From NCBI GenBank assembly GCA_039208735.1, contig JBCCQY010000124.1, forward strand, positions 1-27,059: a stretch of DNA of 27,059 nt, written 5' to 3'. The translations under genes were made by a program, and so were the position numbers. The stretch is from Myxococcota bacterium (GTDB lineage: Bacteria > Myxococcota_A > UBA796 > GCA-2862545). Below are positions 1 through 10,300 of the stretch, piece after piece; the first letter of the stretch is position 1, and each line of letters begins with the position of its first letter. The notes beneath the pieces were generated by a model. That model was not told the origin of the DNA, made no database searches, and saw only the letters and a list, made by a program, of their open reading frames with translations.

Positions 1-1
1 C

Positions 2-64
2 AGCCGCGCGCTCGTCACCGTAGACGTGAGCGACCCGACGGCCGATCCGAATCCGGAGCCCTGA
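2..64 (+). CDS. 3' end of an upstream gene (partial; ...SRALVTVDVSDPTADPNPEP*)
   Basis: Open frame from 2 to TGA at 62-64, overlapping the ATG at 64 (TGATG coupling). Confidence 0.5.
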   Translation, partial: SRALVTVDVSDPTADPNPEP

Positions 65-1494
65 TGATGCGACCGATGCTCGTGCTTGCCGTGTTGCTAC
101 CGGCTAGTTGCAGTCTGAGTGACCTCGAGCATCAACCCTGTCGTTCGGCAGTCTCGTGCCGTGAAGTCTTTGGGGCCCGCAGCACGTGCGGCGCTGAAGG
201 GTTCTGTACGGACCTCGAGACCCCCGCGCGGTGCGAGGAGACCTATCCGGTCGACCTCTTAGCCCAGCCCGACATCGAGGAGTGGCTGCTCTTGGGGTCC
301 GCCTTCGATGTCGGGACATCCGAGGGTGCAGGGCGCGAGCGTTCGGTCGAAGTTGCAGTCCGGATCGTCAATGAAGCTGGCGGGGTCGATGGCCGTCGGG
401 TCGGCCTCGTGAAGTGCAATAGCGAGCGCGATCCCGAACGATTTCCGGAGTCGGACGTACCTCCCCTCAATGAAATGTCCGACTACTTCGTGAATCTCGG
501 CATCCAGGTCATCGTCGGAGGCGATGCTTCGACTTCGCCAAGGGAACTGGCGTCGCTGGTTCTCGACCAGGGCATCGTCTTCGTCACGCCCGAGCCCGGC
601 GATCCGTGGTTGGATACGCTCGACTCGAATGAAGGCACGGAGCAGAATCCAGGTCGACTGTGGTCGACCGTTCCCTCCGTACAGCACCAAGGCTTCGCCA
701 TCGCCAAGGTCTTGGAAGAGAGCCTTGAACCTCCCTCACAGGTCACCATCATTGCCGACGCCACGGACTACGGGGCCTCGGTGAAGGACCAATTCTCAAA
801 ACGCTTCGTAGGCGCCCCTCCGACCGAGTTCACGGTCGATGTCGCCGAGACCGAAAACCTTCGTAACGTCATCAAAACGGTGGCTGCGTCGGGGGCCGAG
901 GTGGTCATCTACGCCGGCGAAAGACGTGTCGCGCAGTTTCTCGAACTTGCTGCGGAGCAACCGGATTTCGAAGCCAAAGCTCTTGTGCTCACAGAGGCAG
1001 GTGCACATTCCGAGGTACTCAACGACAAGGTCGTAGGGCGAGACCGCCTTTATCCGATGACACAAGGGGTCCGTTCGGCGATCGCGGAACCCAGTCGAAA
1101 CCCCTACGTTCGATTCCAGCAAGCCTATGAAAACACCTTTGGGGTGCCCATCGTCGAAGACCTTGGTTTTGCCGCATCCTACGATGCAGCGTGGCTTGCA
1201 ATGAGTGCGTTGGCATACGCAGCGTCGCAGGGGGGCGATAGAGCTGGCGATGCCATTGCTATCGGATTGCGGCAACTCAGCGCGGGAGAGCGTTTCGAGA
1301 CAGTCGCTCCGGACTGGCCCTTGGCCCAAGCGCGACTGCTTCAGGGTCAGAGCATCGATCTGGTGGGAGCTTCGGGAGAACTCGACTTCGATACCTCGGA
1401 GCAACTCGAGCCTCGTGTTGAAGCCTGGGACATCGAAGAACAGCCCAGCAACGATCCACGATTTCGGGTTCGCGTGCTGGGCGTCGTCCTTTAG
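64..1494 (+). CDS. Periplasmic-binding-protein type I (LivJ/Peripla_BP_6-like) lipoprotein with a Cys-rich N-terminal module
   Basis: Lipoprotein-like signal ending LPASC. Cys cluster follows (C-x5-C-x9-C-x5-C). Family motifs AVRIVNEAGGVDGRRV, DYG, ASYDAAWL and GASGELDFD. Confidence 0.8.
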   Translation: MMRPMLVLAVLLPASCSLSDLEHQPCRSAVSCREVFGARSTCGAEGFCTDLETPARCEETYPVDLLAQPDIEEWLLLGSAFDVGTSEGAGRERSVEVAVRIVNEAGGVDGRRVGLVKCNSERDPERFPESDVPPLNEMSDYFVNLGIQVIVGGDASTSPRELASLVLDQGIVFVTPEPGDPWLDTLDSNEGTEQNPGRLWSTVPSVQHQGFAIAKVLEESLEPPSQVTIIADATDYGASVKDQFSKRFVGAPPTEFTVDVAETENLRNVIKTVAASGAEVVIYAGERRVAQFLELAAEQPDFEAKALVLTEAGAHSEVLNDKVVGRDRLYPMTQGVRSAIAEPSRNPYVRFQQAYENTFGVPIVEDLGFAASYDAAWLAMSALAYAASQGGDRAGDAIAIGLRQLSAGERFETVAPDWPLAQARLLQGQSIDLVGASGELDFDTSEQLEPRVEAWDIEEQPSNDPRFRVRVLGVVL

Positions 1495-1537
1495 TTACTC
1501 CGAACGAGCCGCTGCCCGATGGTTGGGTCGCCCTCCC

Positions 1538-2365
1538 TCAACGCAGCCGTCTTAGCAATTGTCGCACGGCCTTTCGCATGGCTGGCGCATCCGAAAACCG
1601 TTTGTCGGGATCAATCTCACAGGCGTTCCGCACCAGCCCCCGCAAGGGCCGTGGCAAGATCCGATACGGATCGTGCTGCACTTGGTCGCTGCCACTTGCG
1701 TGGATGGCGAGACGGCGCGGGGTGCGTGCCGTCGCCAAGGCAAACAAAGTGGCCCCGAGCGAATACAGGTCAGACCGAGGCGTCACCTGGGTGGCATCGA
1801 GGTGCTGCTCGGGGGCCATGTAGGCCGATGTGCCCAGGGTGACACCGGGAGAAGTGAGGTCCGAACCTTCGTCCCGAATAATGCCAAAGTCACCAATCTT
1901 GACCAGGCCCGACCGCATCAACAGGATGTTCCCCGGCTTGACGTCCCGATGGACCCAACCGGCCATGTGGACCGCCTGCAGCGCCGCGAGAACGCAATCT
2001 GCGATGTGAAGGCACCACGTGACGGGCAAGCCACCACGCTTCTTGGCAAGACTGTGTGCGGTACCCCGATCCATCAGTTCCATCGCCATCCACGTATGCG
2101 AGTCTTCTTGACCGTAGTCATCGACCCGCACGACATTGGGATGACGAAGCACCCGCAGTGCTCCTGCTTCACGCAGAAATCTGCGTTCGACCTTTGTCCC
2201 AGCGAGCCGTGGTTGGAGCACCTTAATGGCGACATCACGGTCCGCCTGCAGATCACAGGCACGAAATACGGTACCCACACCCCCGTGCCCGATCGGCTCG
2301 TGAATGCGATACCGCCCTTGCCGCAGCGTGGACGGCGGCTCGACGGGGCCGGCGAGAAGGCTCAT
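1538..2365 (-). CDS. Hanks-type Ser/Thr protein kinase, stand-alone catalytic domain
   Basis: GHGGVGTV loop, VAIK, RRFLREA, HRDVKPGN, DFG, GTSAYMAPE and SDLYSLG are all intact. GGAG lies upstream of the ATG. Confidence 0.95.
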   Translation of the reverse strand: MSLLAGPVEPPSTLRQGRYRIHEPIGHGGVGTVFRACDLQADRDVAIKVLQPRLAGTKVERRFLREAGALRVLRHPNVVRVDDYGQEDSHTWMAMELMDRGTAHSLAKKRGGLPVTWCLHIADCVLAALQAVHMAGWVHRDVKPGNILLMRSGLVKIGDFGIIRDEGSDLTSPGVTLGTSAYMAPEQHLDATQVTPRSDLYSLGATLFALATARTPRRLAIHASGSDQVQHDPYRILPRPLRGLVRNACEIDPDKRFSDAPAMRKAVRQLLRRLR

Positions 2366-2626
2366 CCCTTTCTCCGTAAACGAACCAACTCATCCACCTC
2401 GTTACACGCCGGGTACCCAAACCACCACCGCAAGAGTCCAGCTCTTCCCTCGGAGACCCAGGGCGGTTTCAACCTGGCGGCAACCCTTTTCGGCTCAGAA
2501 TCGTGCAGCATGCCTCGCATTCGATTCGAATTCATCCAGCCGATCGACCAAACGCCACGAAGTGTCAATCTGCGTGGAAGCTCGTGTTCTGAGCCGCGAA
2601 GAGGGGTCGCGGGGTCGAGGAGCGAC

Positions 2627-3672
2627 ATGGTTGCCTTGCTGTGGGTCGCATCGATTTGGGCCAACGAACCGAATTGGCCAAGGCTCGCGTTCGAGCTGGT
2701 CCGTGCATCGACCGAGGACCGCCGGGCGAACGCCGCCGAGGCCCTTCGTAACGCTCCTCCCGAAGCGCTGGCCGAGATTGCTACGCAGGTCCTGCGCACG
2801 GTCACCTGGCACCCAGACGCCACGTTTCGACTTCGTGGGTCCATTCCCTGGTTCGCGGCCCTTCGGCTCAACGAACCTGAACGACGTCAACTCCTGACCG
2901 AGCTGATGGCCCATCGGGTTGCCCTCACGGTGCTCGGGCGCAACGAAGTACCCGAACGCCTCGAGGTGGAGCTACGCGCCTTGCTGGTCGAGGAGATCGA
3001 AGCGCTTGGCGAACCGACATGCACCACCGACTGGGTGCACCTTTACGGTGCCGCCAAAGGCGACGTGGCGGGGCTCATCGCCCGCCTTGGACTGACGGAA
3101 CGAGGGCAGTGGGCCTACGTCGTCGCCGAAGACGCGACGGTCCGCGACCCCACCTTGCGCGAGACGGTCAGCCTGCTCGGCCATCGCTCGGCGGTCGTGC
3201 GCCATCGCGCGGCCCGAAGCTTCGAGCGTCGGCCCGCGGAAGCCGTTCGGGCCCTCCGACACGCGTGGCGCTACGCTCCAGGACGGGTCGCCCCCCTCCG
3301 TGGTGACGTCGCGGTCCCCCAACTCCGGTGGTCGTACCCCACCTCTGCAAAGTGGGCGCGCACCTTGGTCCGATGGGCCGGCGAGGACAACGTCAACGCG
3401 ATGACCGCGGGCTTCGAGCCACGCTGCACCTCCTCTCGGCCCCCGGCGTCAGCAAGACCCTGCCCGACTCCACGCTCGATCGGGTGGGCAGCGCCCTGAT
3501 CCGGATCGCCCGCAGGGACCCCAATGCGGCGCGGTCGCTGGACCTTGGACAGGCCATGGATGCGGTGCTGCGCCATGTGCCTTTTGAGGACGGAGAACGC
3601 CCCGCTCCGGAGTTGCTACGTACGATTCGCCCGCGCTGGGTTCGGGCCAACGCCGACGCCGGGAGATCGTGA
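2627..3672 (+). pseudogene. Hypothetical exported alpha-helical (HEAT-like) protein with an apparent single-base frameshift near 3405
   Basis: SD GAGGAG at 2617-2622 and ATG at 2627 (MVALLWVASIWA...). The frame becomes low-quality after NAMT. The alternate frame continues RGLRATLHLLSAPG... to TGA 3670-3672, which overlaps the DJ-1 start. LGHRSAVVRHRAARSF is HEAT-like. Confidence 0.6.
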
Positions 3673-4313
3673 TGGACATCGTCATTCTGCTCTTCGAGAG
3701 GCTGACCGCCCTCGACGCCATCGGTCCATTCGAGGTACTCAGCCAACTGCCTGGAGCAACGGTTCGTTTCGCGGGAAAGACCACGGGCCCCGTCCGCACC
3801 GACAACGGCATGCTGGGGCTGCAGGTGGACGTTCCTCTGACCGCGATCGACCGTGCGGACCTCCTGTTGGTGCCGGGGGGCTGGGGCACCCGGGCGCTCG
3901 AAAGCGATGAGGAAGTTCTCGACTGGATTCGCCGCATCGACACCACGACCCGCCACACGACGAGCGTCTGCACGGGCGCCTTGGTCCTGGGCGCGGCTGG
4001 GTTGCTCAACGGCAAACGGGCGACGACGCATTGGGCGTTGCTCGATCGGCTCACCGAGTTCGGCGCTCTCCCCACGTCCGAACGGGTCGTTCGGGACGGC
4101 AAGGTGACCACCGCGGCCGGGGTGAGCGCGGGCATCGACATGGGATTGAGGTTGGTGGCCGAGTTGGCGACGCCTGAATTCGCACAAGCGGCCCAACTCG
4201 GTATCGAGTACGACCCGCAGCCTCCGTTCAACACAGGCAATGCCCAGACGGCTCCCCCCAAACTGGTCGAAGCGCTGCGGGCTCGACTGCGGAAGGCCGA
4301 AGCCGAAGCTTAG
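3672..4313 (+). CDS. DJ-1/PfpI family protein (isonitrile hydratase/ThiJ-like)
   Basis: LDAIGPFEVL, LLVPGG, nucleophile elbow SVCTGA, ATTHW, TAAGVSAGID and IEYDPQPPF. Start is ATG 3672 or GTG 3669. Confidence 0.93.
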   Translation: MDIVILLFERLTALDAIGPFEVLSQLPGATVRFAGKTTGPVRTDNGMLGLQVDVPLTAIDRADLLLVPGGWGTRALESDEEVLDWIRRIDTTTRHTTSVCTGALVLGAAGLLNGKRATTHWALLDRLTEFGALPTSERVVRDGKVTTAAGVSAGIDMGLRLVAELATPEFAQAAQLGIEYDPQPPFNTGNAQTAPPKLVEALRARLRKAEAEA

Positions 4314-7300
4314 ACGTCCGCCTCGTCGCTTTCGGCCCGTCGCCGCATCGCCTCTCGGTCCATCGCAATGGTCTCGGCCAGCTCGGCTTCGTCGAGCAAC
4401 CCCTCCGTCTCGGAAAGGTCGATGTCATCCTCCGACAGCTCGTCGGCCTCAAAGGGCGCCGGATGCTCCACGTCGAGGGTGGCGCCCGGCATTTCGGTCA
4501 CCGCGTCCTCGGCGTAGGGGGGCGGCTCGGGTTCCCGATCGGGCCCCGCGACCGACGCCGGTGCAGGTGCGGGTCCGGGCTCCGGCGCGGGTTCCGGCTC
4601 CGGCTCCGGCGCGGGTTCAGCGTCGGGAGCGAAGGGGTCGTGTGCGTCGAAGGTGGACGCTGGCCCCGGGTCGTCGGGAACGGGCCGGCGGTAGTTGGGC
4701 AATGGCGCCGTATCGGGGTTGATGGGCTCCGCCTTGAACGTGGGCTCGGGGGCCGGCTTAGGCTTCTTCACCTCGCGCACGGCTTCGAGCTGCTCGAGGG
4801 CTCGGTTGCGCTCGCCGGGCCGCGCGGACCGCTGTTGGGTACGGGCACCACTGGGCGCTTCGTTGAACGCAGTCTCGAGGGCCGCTTGCGCTCGACGGAG
4901 ACCGCGCTCCACCAGGTCGATGGACGCATCGCTCGGCTCGGCCGCACCGGCCCGTTGTGCGGCATCTCGCGCCGCAGCGGCGGCTTCTGCGGCCCGGCTG
5001 GCATGCCACTTGGCATCTTCATCCACCACCCGCTCGAGCAAGCTCTGCGCATCGAGGCGCATGGCTTCGGCCTCGTCGAGGGCGCTGCGCAGGGCCTGTC
5101 GCACCTTCGCGGCCTTGCGTTGGGCTTCGATCTGCAATGCCATTTGGGCCGTCTTCATGGCCTGCTGGGCCCGGGTCAGCGCCTTGCGGAGGCCTTCAAG
5201 GCCCTGGGTGACGCCGTCCGGATCGCCCGCCTCGGCCGCCCGCTGCGCCAGTTCGACGGCGGTGGCGGCATCCGAGTCGGCCAGATCGGCCTCCGAAAGC
5301 ACGCCATAGGCACTCTTCGGCGCGATGCGACGCACCTCTGCGGTCTCCGCCCGCACCTTTTGGAGGAGGTCTTCAGCCGGCCGAACGTCGGTGGCGGCCT
5401 GTCGACGACGTTGCGCCTGCCAGACCCGGATGGCCTCCTGAAGCGCCTCGAATCGCGCCAACACATCGGAGGCAGCTTTCTGCGCGACCTCGGCGCGGGC
5501 CTTGGTCGCCTCGAGTCCGCGTGCCCCTTGAACGGCCACCACCGCCTGATCCACACCGACCAACGCCTGTCGTAGGGCCTGGTGTTGCTGCTTGAGTTCG
5601 GGCGGAGCTTCCTGAGGGAGATCCGGCACGAGCAGCGAAGCGACACGCTCTTTGGCCTGCCCGGCCTGAAGCTGCACGTGGCGAATCTCAACCTCTTCCC
5701 GTGCTCCCTTGGCGGCCACCTCAGCGGCCTCCGCCGCTTGTCGAGCCACCTCAGGGGCAATCGCCTTGTCGGCCCGCTCGGCAGCCGCGATCGCGTCATC
5801 GACCTTCCGCTGAACCTGTTCCGACGACAGCTCCCGGAGGCACTCCCGCGCGGAACTCACCGCAGCGTGGGCCTGCTCCCGGGCTTCGGCACAGGCTTGC
5901 TGGGCCTGATCGGCCAACGTGCTCGCCAATTGTGCCGCTTCACTGGCCCGAGCCGCCGCGGCCTGGGCTTGGTCGACCGAGGTGGCCGCCATCGCCGCAT
6001 CAAACGCTCGACGAGCGGCATCCACCGCCTTCTCAACGGTCGATCCTCGGGCCCGCAACAGCACGGCTCGAGCGGCTTCGTTGGCCTCGCGGGCGAGGGC
6101 CCGTTCGGCCTTGAGCTGGGCCCGATAGGCCTGCGCTTCTTGCTCGGCATCGGCGAGCGCCGCTTCGGCAGCTTCGGCCGCACGGGCTGCCACTTCCACC
6201 ACGCTCGCGTTGCTGGCTTGGGCCACCGCTTCCTTGGCGGTGGCAAGCGCCTTGTGCATCGCCTCGGTGTCAATTTCGTCGAGCAGCGTCTGCACGCCGC
6301 CCAAAGCGCGCTGCGCCCGCCTTCGGGCCGTGGTGCGTTGCTCGACTTCTGCGTGAGCCACACGCTGGGCCTGGGCGATCGCCTGTTCGGCCTCGATCAA
6401 GGCCTCTTTGGCGGTTTCGAGGTCTTCTGCCGCCGCCGCCCGGTCGGCCGCCGCCCTTGCAATCTCGACCCCCTGCTTGACCTCCTCGGCTCCCGACAAG
6501 CCCAACAGCCCTTCCGCGCGACCCCGAGCGTCATCCGCCCGCTGACGAACCGCGGCCACGCGCTGACGCCGATCCGCGATGGCGGCTTCTGCCCGCTCTG
6601 CGGCCTCTTCCGCCGCTTTCGCCGCCGGTTCGGTCACCGCAGGATCCGCACTCGCCTTCACCGTTTCGGTGAGGTTCTTCACGATGGTCAGCGAGTCCTT
6701 GACGACGACCTCATCGGCCTCCCAACTCGCCTGTTCGATTCGCCGCATCGCAGCTGCGACGCGCGCGCGATGGGCTTCGACAACGCCGCGACTCGCGTCC
6801 GTGATCGACAACGCCTCGTTGGCGGAGGTCTCGGCCCGTTGGGCGGCCGCCATGGCGACCGGTACCTCGGTTGCAGACAGGGCCTCATCCGCGGCCACTC
6901 GCGCCGCTTCCACCGCTCGCATCCCATCTGGTGGCGCACGTCCGATGAGTTCTTCGGCTCGGTTGCGGGCCGTCACCGCGCGCTCCTGGATTTCCTCCAG
7001 GGCCTGCCGGTGCTCGGTGGCAAGCTTCACCGCCGAGTTTGCTGCATACTCCGCCTGATCGGCAGATTCTTCGGCCGCTGCGACGTTGATGGCGCGCCCC
7101 ACTTCCTCCGAGGCCTTGCTCGCGGACTCAATCCATTGCCGAACTGCGGCGGGGGCGCCAGGCCCGTCGATCTGACTCGCCCGGTTCGCAGCTTCCCGGG
7201 CGCGATGACGCAGTACCTCAAGCCGCGAATCCACCACCGATTGGGCCGCTTCCGCGGACGCAGCCGCAGCCGCAACCTCGGCTTGCGCCGTCTGCGTGTC

Positions 7301-10300
7301 GACCGCGGCCCCAATCCGGTCGAGCGCGTCTCGAATCGCCTGCACATGTTCCGCAAAGCGAGGATCGTCGAATCCCTCCCCGGCCGTCTCGATGCGCAAG
7401 AGAATCGCGAGGCCCTGCTCTTGCACCGCCTGTCGGGCCGTCGCCTGCTCGGATTGGACCTTCTGCTGGACGGCATCCAGGGCCTGCTGGGCAAGGGCTG
7501 CCGCCTGCTGCATGGCGGGCAGGGTTTCGTCTTCCTCGGCCCGTCGAGCCGCCGTACGGGCCCGCGCCACAATCTGCCGGACCTCCTCGTCGCTCGTCTC
7601 GTCGAGCAACGCCTCGGCCCGGGCGAGGGTGGCGATGGCTTGCTGGGCCGTATCCGCAACCGCGCCAAGGTATTCGGACAGCGCGCCGTCCGCCTGTTCG
7701 GCAAGCGCTTCGATGCCGTTGACGAGAGCGTTGAGTTCCGCGGCATCCCGGGTGGCTCGTGCCTCGGCGAGACGCAGGTCCGCCGCATCTGCGATGCGCA
7801 CCACGTGCTCGGATTCCTCGGCCGCAGTGCGCGCCCGTTCGATTCGGGAGACCGCCGCCGTGGCCCGCACAATCTCGGCTTCACGCTGGTCCGCAAACAC
7901 GGTTGCATGCTGTTGGGCCTGCAAGGCTGCGGCCTCGATCTGCTGCAACGCCACCTCAGCGGCATCGAGCGAATCGGCAGACTGAAGCACCGCCATCGCC
8001 GCCTCACCCTGCGACGCCAACTCCCGTACCACCGCAACCTGCGTCTCGGTGGCCGCCCGCTGCGCCGCCCGCAACGCCTCCTGGGCCCGGGCCCGCAGCT
8101 GATCGTGCACCTCGGCCAACCGGCCCGCCGCCTTGTGCGCGGCTTCGGCGGCCATGGTCGCTGCGTCCGCGGCCCGAGTGGCGGCGGCTAACGAATCGGC
8201 GTCCTCAGCATCCCCGACCGCCTGGCGAGCCTCTTCGATGGCCAAACGCACATCGGGGCCATCCGAGCGCGCCAATGCGGCCGACGCGCGTTCGACCGCG
8301 GCCTGGGCGCGCGCGATCTCCACCGCCTTCGCGGCCACCTCGGCGCGGTCAGCGGCCTGGACGACCTCGTTGCAGGACTCGGCGGTGGCTGCGATCTCAC
8401 CCGCGACTCGCGCTGCCTCGGCGTACAGACGGACTTCACCTTCGTCATGACGCTCGAGGACGCGGTGCGCATGATCGACCGCGGCCCGTGCCCGAGCCCG
8501 CGCGGCGGACATCGCCTCGTTGGCCACCTGCCGTGCGGCCTGCATCGACATTTCGGCCGCCTCGACCGCCTGCGCCGCAAGTTCGGGGTCGTTGGTGGTA
8601 CGAACCTGCTCGACCGCGGTGTGGACCGCCTCGACGTGGTGACGCACTCCGGGCTGGGATGCACTCTCCAGCAGGGCATTGGCCGCCACGATGGCACTCT
8701 TCGCCCGTTCATGGAGCGAGTGCAGGTGGGCCACCTCGGCCTGCCGATGCTGGTGAGCCTGCTCAAAGGCCGCTCGGGCGGCTGCGAGATCGCGCTGGAT
8801 GGCGTTGAGGTCATCGCCTTGCTCGGCGCGGTTCGCGAGATCGAGGGCTCGGGTAAACGCAGCCTGGAGTTCGACGGCATGGGCCTCCGACTGCTCGGCC
8901 AGGATGCGGCTGACCAACGCTCCCGCGGCCGCTTGGGCCTCTGAGATCCGCTGGACCATCGCCTCCCGACCTGCTCCGGCGATCGATGCCACCTGGTCGG
9001 CCACGTCCTCGGCACGCTGGGCCAGGTCTTGCGCCGCGGTGGGATCCGCGGTCGCCTCCAGTTGCGCAACCAGGGCCTGGACCTGTTCGACCATCGCCCC
9101 TAGGTCGACCGGCTCCGTCGCCTCCCCCTCCCGCTCGACCACCATCTCCGCCGGTGCCGCAAGGTGTTCGGCCTCCGCCGTAGCGAGCGCTTTTCGTCCG
9201 CGTTCCTTGGCATCCTGGAGTTGCGCCTGGGCCTGCGCGAGTTCGACCAACCAGCCGTCGACGGTGTTGCGGATCTGCTCGACTTCACCTTGGAGAACCG
9301 CGGGATCGAGGACCTCTTCGAGTTGATCCGCCTGGGCCCGTAAGGCGTCGAACCTCTCAACGTCGATGGAGTTTGGAAGCCTTGCGATCGTCTGTCGCGC
9401 ACGGTTTCGGAGCTCTTGCAGCTCGGCCTGCACCCCGCCAACCTGGCGCATCAACTCTCGGGCCAAGCTCGCCACCTCGGCCGCCGCCGCTTCTGCGGGT
9501 TCGGGAAGCTGTGCCGCTTGCGTCGCCTCCACCTGGTTGCGGAGCTGCTCCAAGGGGCCGGCCAGCGAAGCCGCCACCACAGTGGCCGCCGCCATCGTGA
9601 CCTGTTCCAGCTGGTCCGAGGCCTGCTGACGGGCTCGGGTGACCCGCCGGGTCAGCTGCTGGCGAAGCTCGATGGCCCGCTCGGCGGCTTCAGTCGCCAC
9701 CACGAGCTGGGTTGCGGCCTGGGTTTGGTCCTCCTGCACGGTGGCGAGGGCGCGCCCCACAAGCCCCTGCACCGCCGCGATTTCGTCGTGCGGCATCGCC
9801 TCATAGGCTTCGGTCACCTGCGCATGGGCGGCGATGATCTGGCTCACCGCTTCGTTGGCATCCACCTGGATCGCCTGCAAGAAGCTCCCCACCGCCTGGG
9901 CCGCGGTCGCCTCCTGGCGCGCCCGCTCTGCGGCCGCTTTGGCCACATTCAGGTTCGGTGCCGAGCGCCCCTCGATCGCGGCCTCTCGTGCGGCTTGGGC
10001 ATGCCGGGCAAGCTTCTCGGCGTGTTCGGGGTGCTTTCGCTGCAGCTCCTCGATGGTTCGCACATGACCTTCGGCCTGGCGAACCGAACGGGCTTGGTCG
10101 GCGAGTGTCTCCATCTCCTCGATTTGTGACTGCAGCTCGCCCATCGCGGCAAGCTGCTCCTCGTCGGTTGGAGGGGCTCCCTCGGGGAGCAGCTGGGTGG
10201 ATCGGTACGACAGCCGCGCCTGGGTCAGGCGTTGCTGGGCTTCATCGGCCAGGCGGGGCAGCCAACTGGCTTCGGCGGCGAGCGCCTCGAGCTGAGCCCA

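Noticed and set aside
2480..2610. Inverted repeat as a retron ncRNA or IS ends
   Set aside because: No reverse transcriptase or transposase in the window, and no target-site duplication seen.
1559..2626. N-terminal extension of the 646-aa ORF 1559-3499
   Set aside because: It overlaps the kinase antisense. The SD-supported start is at 2627.
5582..8191. 869-aa + strand ORF (and 4463-5575) antisense to the giant gene
   Set aside because: Gly/Leu/Arg-rich shadow ORF expected from high-GC codon bias on the opposite strand. No motifs.
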